Shown here piece by piece: positions 37,964-47,100 of a stretch of DNA of 63,240 bases (position 1 is the first letter of the stretch; each line of letters opens with the position of its first letter). This DNA is from a virus (taxonomy: Duplodnaviria > Caudoviricetes): the IMG/VR virus record IMGVR_UViG_3300044580_000304, positions 1 to 63,240 of that record, one strand, 5' to 3'. Under the pieces are notes generated by a model that was not told where the DNA came from, searched no databases, and saw only the letters and a program-made list of their open reading frames with translations. Made by a program: the position numbers and the translations under genes.

Positions 37964-39096
37964 ATCATCTTCCGTTCGCCGTATGTCGACAGTAGCTTTA
38001 GCGCCACTCGACGCGGCAATCCCTGGTTCTCACTTGATCTCACATTCGGAAATTCGCGCACGACTCGATACGTAGGAAAGTAACGAAAAAGAACAAATAA
38101 CGAATCGCCTGTTTTTGGAATACCTGCAACATTCCGCCACTTTACTTTATTGACTCCCCATGCGTCGAAATGCTCACCCTGGTAATACTTAGAATCTCCT
38201 TTCTGTATATACTCAATGGAATCGACATAAAACACTGGTATTGTGTCAATTCCAGATGAATTCTTATCGATTATTATTTTCCCAACCTGGCTATTGGCGA
38301 GTATCGTGACGATATCTCCCTCTCCAACGCCTGCCCATTCAGGGAATGTCATAGATGCATCCCCACCAACTAATTCCAGAAACTTCCAGTCCGATTCGCT
38401 ATACTGTTGTCCGACAATCGCAAATAAGAATGGTTCGATGTATCGTACATTTTTTGCGACTAGGATATCACTCAAATCAGGCTGCGCGTCAGCGAACACA
38501 AAATTGCGTCGATAACTTTCTGGATCATAAGATTCGCTCTTCGTTACATTCTCAATCGATTCTACAGAAACTATATCGACAGGCGTTGATTGCTCTTGCG
38601 CGATCCCTTTTTCTCCTATAACACGAAGGCCTTTGGCTTCAAAGCATCCAGCACCCTGATAGGCAAGCGAGACATCGGTAAGTATTTTTATAAGAGGCCT
38701 TACGAGTGTTGCCTGCATTTGTTCGTCGTTGTAGGGCGTTCGCGGGCCTGCAATCTTTGCGAATTTGCCATATTGAGCTACAACGCTATACTCCAACCCC
38801 ATGTAGTCATGAACAGTAGTGACTGTCGCATCACTATATGGTAGCTCGATAATATTGTCGCCGTGACAATATACTGAGCATGTTTCTTTTGCCTTGTCCT
38901 GGAAGCCATAGAGCCAGCCATCTCCGCCACATTTGGCGCAATTGACATCTGGCCTGCCGTTATCACTAACACAGGTACATTTTGTCGCCCGTAGCCAGCG
39001 TACCCACTGGCCGTGGCGTTCTATGAGACCCTCGTAGTTTTCCCGATTAAGGCTTAATCTTATCGAGGACTTGCGCTGTAACCCATAGCCTCTCAT
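37960..39096 (-). CDS. Head-closure/neck protein
   Basis: I.RHGQ.V.W.RA..C.C...C..C.G.GW. Confidence 0.65.
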   Translation of the reverse strand: MRGYGLQRKSSIRLSLNRENYEGLIERHGQWVRWLRATKCTCVSDNGRPDVNCAKCGGDGWLYGFQDKAKETCSVYCHGDNIIELPYSDATVTTVHDYMGLEYSVVAQYGKFAKIAGPRTPYNDEQMQATLVRPLIKILTDVSLAYQGAGCFEAKGLRVIGEKGIAQEQSTPVDIVSVESIENVTKSESYDPESYRRNFVFADAQPDLSDILVAKNVRYIEPFLFAIVGQQYSESDWKFLELVGGDASMTFPEWAGVGEGDIVTILANSQVGKIIIDKNSSGIDTIPVFYVDSIEYIQKGDSKYYQGEHFDAWGVNKVKWRNVAGIPKTGDSLFVLFRYFPTYRVVREFPNVRSSENQGLPRRVALKLLSTYGERKMI

Positions 39097-40220
39097 ATGC
39101 TTCCCATCACTTGTACGCCGAACTTATCCCGATTCTCCCGAAGATATGTTGCAATATCCTTAAGGTAAACCTGGATACGCGCACCAAAATAGGCATTCGT
39201 CGCACTCTGAGTCGAGCTAAATGATTCCGAAAGCCCATCAATAGAAAGCGAGGAGGATGAGAATCCTGCAAGTAGACCATCACCAATAATATTGAGTAAC
39301 TTACAGGCAGCCACCTTGCCAATTATATCTCTTAGATCGTCAGGTATTTGCGAGGCGTCCTCAAAACCAGCAACATAATCTACCTTGTAGCCATGTGGAT
39401 AGTCTCGCGTCAAAAGATTTGAGCCTATCGTTAATGCCGCGGGGATGATGCGATACGCATTTTCAGAGCCAGCTCTTGGGTAAAAGTTGATGACCCCTTT
39501 GCGATGATCAATTCTCGCCCATGAGAGTAAGTCCAAAATTTTTTGGTCAGTAATCCCATATAATTCAAAGCGGGAGACGTTGATTACTGGTCTTTTGCGT
39601 AGCACAATACGGCCGTAGCCATTCCATTTATCGTGTCTATAGGCGTAAGGATCTTCAGCCTCATCATAATCGACCCCGAGTACAAGTTCTGGCGATGGCT
39701 GGCATACAATTCTTGTCTTCCCAATGGTGATTTTAAGCGCCCGCGCCATTTCACTCACCGCCGAGCGAATCTTCGCGGCGACCTGCGCATCAGTAAAGAT
39801 ATCTCCGTTTTGCGCTCGAAAGTCGATTCCCCATAGATAGGTCTTTTTGAGGTCATCGACAGTCAGGACATCGCCAAATCTGGCTTCTGGTACTACATAG
39901 TTACCAAATGTCCATCCTAAATAGTCCTCACCTACTTTAACCCAGTCAGAGTAGGCGTATTCTGATAGCCCTTCTGTAGTGGCAATTGCACAGCGATATT
40001 GGTAAATGCCGTCTGCAACATCGTAATCGGTAAACCGTTGCGTTTGAATCAAATATGGTGTATCATTTGAAAAAGAAGCGCCGTCCCAGACTTTCCAATC
40101 TTCCTGCTCTCTCTTGCGTTCAATGCGGTAGCCTGTTTTGTTTGCTGGCTCCGCGAACGATTCAAGCGTGAGTATAACATTTTTATTTAATGAGACGGCG
40201 CTGATTTTCAGCATACTCAA
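39093..40220 (-). CDS. Head-tail adaptor with N-terminal Fn3-like domain
   Basis: YL.GID, VDYVAGF, AGFSSSSLSIDGLSES. Confidence 0.7.
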   Translation of the reverse strand: MSMLKISAVSLNKNVILTLESFAEPANKTGYRIERKREQEDWKVWDGASFSNDTPYLIQTQRFTDYDVADGIYQYRCAIATTEGLSEYAYSDWVKVGEDYLGWTFGNYVVPEARFGDVLTVDDLKKTYLWGIDFRAQNGDIFTDAQVAAKIRSAVSEMARALKITIGKTRIVCQPSPELVLGVDYDEAEDPYAYRHDKWNGYGRIVLRKRPVINVSRFELYGITDQKILDLLSWARIDHRKGVINFYPRAGSENAYRIIPAALTIGSNLLTRDYPHGYKVDYVAGFEDASQIPDDLRDIIGKVAACKLLNIIGDGLLAGFSSSSLSIDGLSESFSSTQSATNAYFGARIQVYLKDIATYLRENRDKFGVQVMGSI

Positions 40221-40471
40221 ACACCTTCATATCCAGGAACTTTCAAGAGATGCTCAAGATCAGCTTCGTTAGGCTGTGCAATTCCATCAGCGTCAAAGAC
40301 AATAGGCTCTCCAGTTACCCCAAAGACAGTCTGATTCGCCCTTGCAAGATTCTTGACCTTGCAGGGTTTTTTGTTCGTTTTTTCTTTTGTGGTACCTTCC
40401 GCTGCTTCAGGAATTGCAATATTTTCAACAGCTACCTCTTGGTCCACCACTTCCTTCTTTGGCCTTGGCAT
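40217..40471 (-). CDS. Hypothetical virion-associated protein
   Basis: Start placed at MPRPKK behind GGAG. Confidence 0.55.
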   Translation of the reverse strand: MPRPKKEVVDQEVAVENIAIPEAAEGTTKEKTNKKPCKVKNLARANQTVFGVTGEPIVFDADGIAQPNEADLEHLLKVPGYEGV

Positions 40472-40481
40472 TAGCTTCTCC

Positions 40482-40784
40482 TTAGATTGGGTCAACGCTC
40501 TTTGACGTCACAAGATTTGCAGTCGTAGAGATAGTCGTCACAGCTGATCCTGTTAGTGTATTGGTGGCATCAGGATGGGCAGCTTCCGCTATATGTGCTG
40601 TGTACTTTGTCGCAAGGTTTTCCGTTCTTGCAATCACCTCGTTCAGTTTAGCTGTAACTGCCGCCATCTCGGCATTGTAGTCAGCCTTGATTTCATTTAA
40701 TAGAGTAATTGCATCCTCAATCCTATTAGCCAATTCATGGAGTGTCGGACAGGCTTTGTTTATTCTCTCTTTTGTTTCACTCAT
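40482..40784 (-). CDS. Head fibre/decoration-like protein
   Basis: Follows the capsid gene; coiled coil; GGAGG RBS. Confidence 0.5.
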   Translation of the reverse strand: MSETKERINKACPTLHELANRIEDAITLLNEIKADYNAEMAAVTAKLNEVIARTENLATKYTAHIAEAAHPDATNTLTGSAVTTISTTANLVTSKSVDPI

Positions 40785-40841
40785 TATTATCCTCCAAGGA
40801 TATAAGCCATGACTAAGTATTCCCCAGCCATGGCTCAGTTT

Positions 40842-42254
40842 TTAATACCAACCAAGGCTTGAATATCCGACGTTTTTCACGACACCATGATACCAAGGCA
40901 CCTTAACATCGAGAGCACCGAAGAGAACAATGAGGAACGGAGTAACCGCACTCTTCGTAGGATAAAGATCGAACTTCATAAGAGGCAGGAATTGATCCCA
41001 CTGTACAGCAGGTTCCACAATATCGTGGCTAAGATAAACTATCTCGCCAGTACCTGGTAGATCAGCGTTCTGATCGAGCACTACTGTGGTAGCGCTGCCA
41101 GAATCAGCAACGCGAACCATCTCTCGACAATCCGTACCGTCTCCAGCGTCTTTCTTGCTTCTGCAAATAATATAACCAGTCCCCCTTGTGCCTCCAGGAG
41201 TAATAGTAATCTTTACTTCTTGCCCAGCGGTGACCGCAACACTAGCAGCAGCCGCACCTGTGGAAATTCCATACTCATTGATCGCAAAGACGGTGTAGTA
41301 ATATGTCCCCGCAGTGGCAGCAACAAACCCAGGAGATCCGCCAGAAGTTAGTGACTGAGCCGCGAGAGCAAACGTTGGCGCGCTTGGCCGTTTTGTGGCA
41401 TCCCCTGACGCGACGATAGGTCCCTTTACACGGAACATCTTATTTGGTCCCGCCTCTTTTCCTGCAATCTTTATGGGATCACTGAACGGGGTCGGATACT
41501 CCTCGATGACCATTGCACCAGCCCTGTCAGCAGGGTTGAGCCTTAAACGGTCACGAGCGAGCGTCTGGAAGTCCTGTGCAATGATCGATGGCATAAAGGC
41601 ATGAGTAAGATTGCCACCATTATCATGCACCATACGGGCAATTTCAGTAATGCTGTCCTCTCCCCCTGTATCTGTCATCTTTTTGCCACGCAGGTCCACG
41701 ATATTTTTCCGTGAAGCGTTGGCGAGTATCTGCTTTTGCAACGAATCAAACTGCACAGGGACAGCGGCAGAATCACCGTGGAACATTGAATATTCAGCGC
41801 CCTTGAGGACCACGAGCGTGCCAGCGATTTTCTCGCTTGTAATCGCGTCCTCAATCGTCTTCGCGACCTGCATCTGGAGCGTCACTTCGCGGTAGGTCTG
41901 CAAAAACTTCACAGTCTTGGTGACGCGCTCTATCTGTTGATCGGTCGCGGCAGATTCGGCGCCTTCCGCAACGAATACGTTCTCGAAACCGCCCGCATCA
42001 TTGCGGCGAGTATACTCATGCACAGTAGACTTTACAGGCTCTTTCTTGAGTAGGTTCATCACCTTGAAATCTTGTGGTTTCTGCGCCAATGCATTGACCA
42101 TGGTCATCTCAATATCCTGTGGGATGAGCGCACGGCCACCAGTCATAGCTGCCGAATCAGTGCCAGAACCAGCCTGAAGTGCTTTCAAAAGAGCGTCTTC
42201 AGAAACTGACCCCACGCCATATTCTCCAATTTGACTTTGTTCTAAAAAGTTCAT
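40842..42254 (-). CDS. Major capsid protein
   Basis: 470 aa after the protease; KAL.AG.GTD..TGG.AL N-arm; STVHEY; LPLMK.DL. Confidence 0.88.
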   Translation of the reverse strand: MNFLEQSQIGEYGVGSVSEDALLKALQAGSGTDSAAMTGGRALIPQDIEMTMVNALAQKPQDFKVMNLLKKEPVKSTVHEYTRRNDAGGFENVFVAEGAESAATDQQIERVTKTVKFLQTYREVTLQMQVAKTIEDAITSEKIAGTLVVLKGAEYSMFHGDSAAVPVQFDSLQKQILANASRKNIVDLRGKKMTDTGGEDSITEIARMVHDNGGNLTHAFMPSIIAQDFQTLARDRLRLNPADRAGAMVIEEYPTPFSDPIKIAGKEAGPNKMFRVKGPIVASGDATKRPSAPTFALAAQSLTSGGSPGFVAATAGTYYYTVFAINEYGISTGAAAASVAVTAGQEVKITITPGGTRGTGYIICRSKKDAGDGTDCREMVRVADSGSATTVVLDQNADLPGTGEIVYLSHDIVEPAVQWDQFLPLMKFDLYPTKSAVTPFLIVLFGALDVKVPWYHGVVKNVGYSSLGWY

Positions 42255-42271
42255 CGAGCTTTTCCTCCGTA

Positions 42272-43774
42272 TTATATCGATTTCAGCAAGCGTAGACTTG
42301 CGTCGTCGATTGGTAGACCTTTATTGAGACGTTCCTCAAGCACACCAGCATCATAGATAGACATCTTTCCATCCTGTACGGCTTTCTGTGCTTTTGCAAC
42401 AATCTCTGCGCGTGTTAGAGTTTCCGACTTTCCATCGGATCCTAAAAATGTCCGCTGCTGTTTATTGAGGATAGCCTGCCGTGGAAGTGGAACGTCAGCG
42501 ATTGATTTCAAGAGTTTTCCAGTGTTTACAACGCCTCCGCCGAGAGCTTTTTGCATTTGTTTCACTGAATGAAGCTCTTTTTCAATCGCATCAAAACGCT
42601 TAGAAAGAGATTTCGTCATGCTGTTAAGGAACGCGGAAATGTCAAGATACTCTTCATTTCCTTCTCGCACTTCGTCATAGAAAGATTTTTTCAGCTTCTT
42701 TTTGCTGAAAGGAGGCTTCTCTTCTTCCTCTTCTTCCTCTTCTTCTTCCTCCTCCCCATCTTCCTCTTCTCCCTCTAGTTCTTCCTCATCTTCCTCCTCA
42801 TCTTCAGGAGGAACCGCTTTTACCGCTTCTTTTGGCGGTTCATCCGCATACCCTTGTTCGGCAACTATATCGGAATCTTCATCTTTATCCTTGCTTTTGC
42901 CGACCTTTTTGCATGCTTTTTCCAGAGTCTCCATCGACTCATCGAATGCTTTTAGCAGTTCAGAATCTGCCATTTTTTGCACCTCCGATCTAAATCTGTC
43001 TCGGTCAGCTAATATTGACCGAATTATTTTTTTTGCTTCTTCAGCACTAGCTCCGCGATTAACAAGATACCGCTCAGCCTCTTCGGCATTGCTTATCTCT
43101 CCATTCACAAGCCCACTAATAATAGCCCACGCTCTCGCTTTTCTTTTCTTTTTCCCTTGCTCAAGATCTTCTGTTATAAGGGCACCGCCACCAGTTTTTG
43201 CTGCACTATCAGTCTCAAAACCCGCCTGTAATGACTTTACAAAAGCAGCGGGCGAGAGAGTTACAGGTGTAAGAGATTGATTAACAGGCTTAAAAGTAAT
43301 TGCCAGCTCGTCCCAGAGAACTTTCGCCACTTTTTCTACAGGCCTACCAAGCTTGTAGTCATATTCCGTAACTATTTCTGGCTGCCTTCCGCCTACTGAC
43401 GTCTTGATTCGAGTTGAACCGTCTTTCAGTTTTGATACAATTTGTTGTGCAAGCGGATTAGACTTATAGAGTTTCGCCTTAACATATGTTTTACTGCCCT
43501 TCTTATACACATCGATCGGTTCGCCGATAATGTATTTTTCAGGGCTCCAATTGGGGTCATCAGCATCAGCGTGCAGATGACGGTGGTCGTATGAAATTAC
43601 GCCATTTTTGAGAAAGTAGTCTTTTGAATCTAAGAGTGCACGCTGTAAAACAACCTGTCCATCGAAGTCAAGGTTCTCGTTTGACGCTTCGGCTTCGATG
43701 ATCCAGTTGCCATTCTCATCGGTCTCGATGGCCTTGGAGAGTTGTAACTCTAGGTAAACTCGGTCGTCTCTCAA
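42272..43774 (-). CDS. Prohead protease-scaffold fusion (nested scaffold start at 42973)
   Basis: ASNENLDFDGQ, ISYDH, IGEP, SVGG, LAIT.KPVN; acidic tract; TTG 43774 with AGGAG; in-frame ATG 42973 with GGAGGTG. Confidence 0.82.
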   Translation of the reverse strand: MRDDRVYLELQLSKAIETDENGNWIIEAEASNENLDFDGQVVLQRALLDSKDYFLKNGVISYDHRHLHADADDPNWSPEKYIIGEPIDVYKKGSKTYVKAKLYKSNPLAQQIVSKLKDGSTRIKTSVGGRQPEIVTEYDYKLGRPVEKVAKVLWDELAITFKPVNQSLTPVTLSPAAFVKSLQAGFETDSAAKTGGGALITEDLEQGKKKRKARAWAIISGLVNGEISNAEEAERYLVNRGASAEEAKKIIRSILADRDRFRSEVQKMADSELLKAFDESMETLEKACKKVGKSKDKDEDSDIVAEQGYADEPPKEAVKAVPPEDEEEDEEELEGEEEDGEEEEEEEEEEEEKPPFSKKKLKKSFYDEVREGNEEYLDISAFLNSMTKSLSKRFDAIEKELHSVKQMQKALGGGVVNTGKLLKSIADVPLPRQAILNKQQRTFLGSDGKSETLTRAEIVAKAQKAVQDGKMSIYDAGVLEERLNKGLPIDDASLRLLKSI

Positions 43775-43793
43775 ATAAGCTCCTGTGCCTAAA

Positions 43794-43902
43794 ACAAAAA
43801 GGGCCAACTCCCCTTTTTGGGGGAATCGGCCCTTGTCTCCACTCGGCACCTTTCCTCTAACTATGCATGTTATATTATAATGGTCGCAACATCAAAACGC
43901 AA
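43794..43902 (-). promoter_or_regulatory. Capsid-operon promoter, 19-nt box and terminator hairpin
   Basis: TTGCGT(43902-43897)-17-TATAAT(43879-43874); box 43847-43829; hairpin followed by U-tract. Confidence 0.7.
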
Positions 43903-43911
43903 TACCCAAAT

Positions 43912-44160
43912 TCACGTTTTCTCCACCTTTTGCTCTCTATGCGTTCCAGATAGTGTTCCCCTCCCGCGAAGCAACGCCATATATGCCGCCTGTGCCTTTT
44001 GGTCTCCTCGCGCCGCCAAAAGCCGCAGCTTTTCAATATTCGCCTGGTGTTCATCAAACATAGCATCAGCGGCCTGTGCTAACTTTTGCCTTGCTTCTTC
44101 AGCTTCGGCTTTTCTGTGTGCAATTCTTACCATAAGATTCAATAACTCTTTTTCACTCAT
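43912..44160 (-). CDS. Hypothetical protein
   Basis: ATGA-coupled to the helicase gene. Confidence 0.6.
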   Translation of the reverse strand: MSEKELLNLMVRIAHRKAEAEEARQKLAQAADAMFDEHQANIEKLRLLAARGDQKAQAAYMALLRGRGTLSGTHREQKVEKT

Positions 44161-47100
44161 GCTGCTTTCTCCTGCTCAAGGCCTTGCATATAACGATCAT
44201 GCTTTAGTTCTGCAATAGTCGCTGCAAGCCCCGTGTCATCGAGCTCTCCAGGGTCTTCTTCAAAAATACCCCCTAGAGCCTTTTTGCGCTGTATCCTTTG
44301 CCAACGCTTGTGTTCTTGCTCAGTATCAGAAACCAGGTCATGATATTCAATTTCGGGGTGTGCTTGCCCTGGCCTATCAATACGCCCTTCACGTTGCTGC
44401 TTAACCCATGACGTCTGCGGTAGGTCAAAATTAACAAGATAGGCTGCGTTCTGTAAATTGAGCCCTGTAGCACCTGCGTCTGAACAGACAAGCACATCGT
44501 AAATTCTGTCAGACGGATTTGGAGGATTGAAGCCTACTTTTACCTTTTCTTTTTCGGCTCCATTCATCGAACCTTGAATAATCCCTACACGCAATCCCTG
44601 TTCTTCTAGGCCTCGCTGTAAGTTCTGGAGCGTCGCAATATTGTGCGTAAAAATAACACCAGGCTTCTTGTCGCCTTTTTTTGAGGCTGTTTTTGGATTA
44701 TCTTCCTGATAAACTTGCGACTGGACAATTCTCATAGTCTCCTTGATCTTTGCATTATGAGCATAGTCAAATTGGTTTATTACTCTATTGTATGCTTCTT
44801 CTTTGACAATACCCACCGATTCCTGCAACCTTTCTGCTAACTCCTGTTGTTTTTCTTCGGAGACTCCCCTAAATGTGTTTGGCGACAAGAACTTCATGGC
44901 CTCAACATCGACACGACCTTCGCGCTGTGCCTTTGATGCTCTCTGATACATGGTGGTCACTTTGTCATATTCGGCCCGCTGCTCTGGCGTGAGCTGTATA
45001 TTATGCCGTGTATCATGGCGAACGGTGCCCGTAACAGTCCTGCTTGCATAATTATACCGATTGATAAGTCGTTGCAACGACCGTCTCGAAAACTCTGTAT
45101 CAACGCCATACTTTTTTAAGAAAGAGTCACGATCATCGAATTTGTCAGGCGCTACTTTATGAAGCATATCGAATGCCTCTGATGCATCATTCTTTACTGG
45201 TGTTGCTGATTGATTCATAAAGTATTTGACGTTCTGATTGAGCGCATCGAGCACGTTGGACAGCGTTGTGTCCTCTTTCCCCTTCCTGTTGACAGTATAG
45301 TGCGATTCATCGACGGTCAGCATATCAAAAGCAATTCCTTCAGCTTGCATTGCAGCTCTTAGTGTGTCTCGTCGTTCCTCTTGGTTCATTCCATTAAACC
45401 TTTTTTGCATCGCCTCATCGCTTATATCCCCGTTGTGACGAGCCATAACATGTATAAGGTCATTGCGTAGGCTCTCATGCGTGCATACCACCATATCAAG
45501 TCGACCATCTTTGAGTGCCTGGATACGCTCCTCTTGGTTAAGCGATGGGTCTGATTTTATATGGTATTTACCTGGTTTACAGAACACATTGACTTCGTTA
45601 CCAAACTGACCTTGTACAGCAGATGGGACCGCGAATATTGCCCTCTTTGCTTTCCCTTGTTCGTGTAAGTCTGTAAATGCTCCTATCGAGAGGATTGTTT
45701 TGCCTTTTCCTGTTCCAAACGTGAGATTCATTCGGCCTACTGTCTCGAACATCTTTATTGCGCGCTGCCGCTCTCCTCTAGTATCCATGGTCGATACGTT
45801 GAACTTTTGTCCACGCCGTTGATTGACCGCAAGCTGCGGTACTATCGATGCAAGCTGCGCCTCCGCTCTTTTCCCAATAGACAATATCTCTGTTCCATCA
45901 TCCTGCTTTAATTCTTCTCCGCCGAATAGTTCAGCCTGCGCGGCATCCTCACGCTTTTTTTGCTCAAGATATTCAAGCGCCTTTTCCTTCCATGAACCTA
46001 GTGCAAATTGACCACGAGCCGACCGATTCGCAACACTAGCTCCTGCGCTTGCGAGTTCTGCCTGTACTTTGTTGATAACAGAATCTCTCATCTGTTTATC
46101 GAGCATCCCTAGCACATGGTCCTGCCAATTATGTATCTTTTCAACCTTCGTTTGCAGTTTTTTCTTTGTCACCCGAGCGTACTGCTTCGTGAACTTATCT
46201 ATAAAATCTCCCTTAATGATATCAAGGACCGCAGCTTGCGCTCTCTTTGTATCGCCATGCATGCGTACATACTCTCCCCATGGAGTCTGTTCCTCGCGCT
46301 CAGCACCAGCATCAAGCTGCTCCTCGGAATATCCCGACATCCATTTGAGATAATGATCGCGCATCTGTGATTCATAAAGCTCGGTAAGGCGTTCTGGCAA
46401 CTCCTCTTCGAGCCGCTGTGCCTCACGTTCAGCGGCTTCCTTATTTATCACTGTGGCGGGATCGCGTAGCTCTTCTATCTCCTGGAATAATGCCTCTGCG
46501 CCGTCTACATTGCCTCTATAGGTTTTCCAATCCCCTTGCACTACCCTGGCAAGTGGAGGAATATCTGCTATCCCAAACATATCCTCTGTCGAATGGTTTT
46601 CTATAAGGTCATTCTTAATCGCTTCAAACGCAACAGTTTTATCGTCTGCACATTTACCGCGCAGGAATTGTTGCCATGCCGCTTGCCTCGATATTACCTT
46701 GCCAGTGACCATATCACGCATCGCAGTTCGCTCAGCCATTGAACCCTTATAAATATGCCTCTCCCAATACCTGCGTAAGTCTGTTTGTTCTTCGGCAGTA
46801 AGATCTTCGACATCCTTAAATGCAAACCTTCCTTCTGGTAACATTCCTAGTGTTCTATGCACTGCCTCTTCGGTCTTTTCAATACCTTGTGCATCATCGG
46901 CGAGGCTTTGATTTTCAACGCTTGTTGCCGCATATTCGGCATCAGGACCAGGGTCCTCAAAACTTTCTGTGCTTCTTCTTACCAAACCAGCAGGCATCCA
47001 GCCTGGCTCATCCTTGAGTCCTGCCTTTATCTGCTCTACTTCTCGTTCTATCTTCAGGTCTGTAGGATCGGCGAATTGCATTAGTTTTTGTAAGTTACTT

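Noticed and set aside
42702-43280. Poly-Ser plus-strand ORF
   Set aside because: Antisense shadow of the Glu/Asp tract in the scaffold
43775-43849. Annotated N-terminal extension of the protease ORF
   Set aside because: It overlaps the terminator hairpin; TTG 43774 with an AGGAG RBS is the more plausible start
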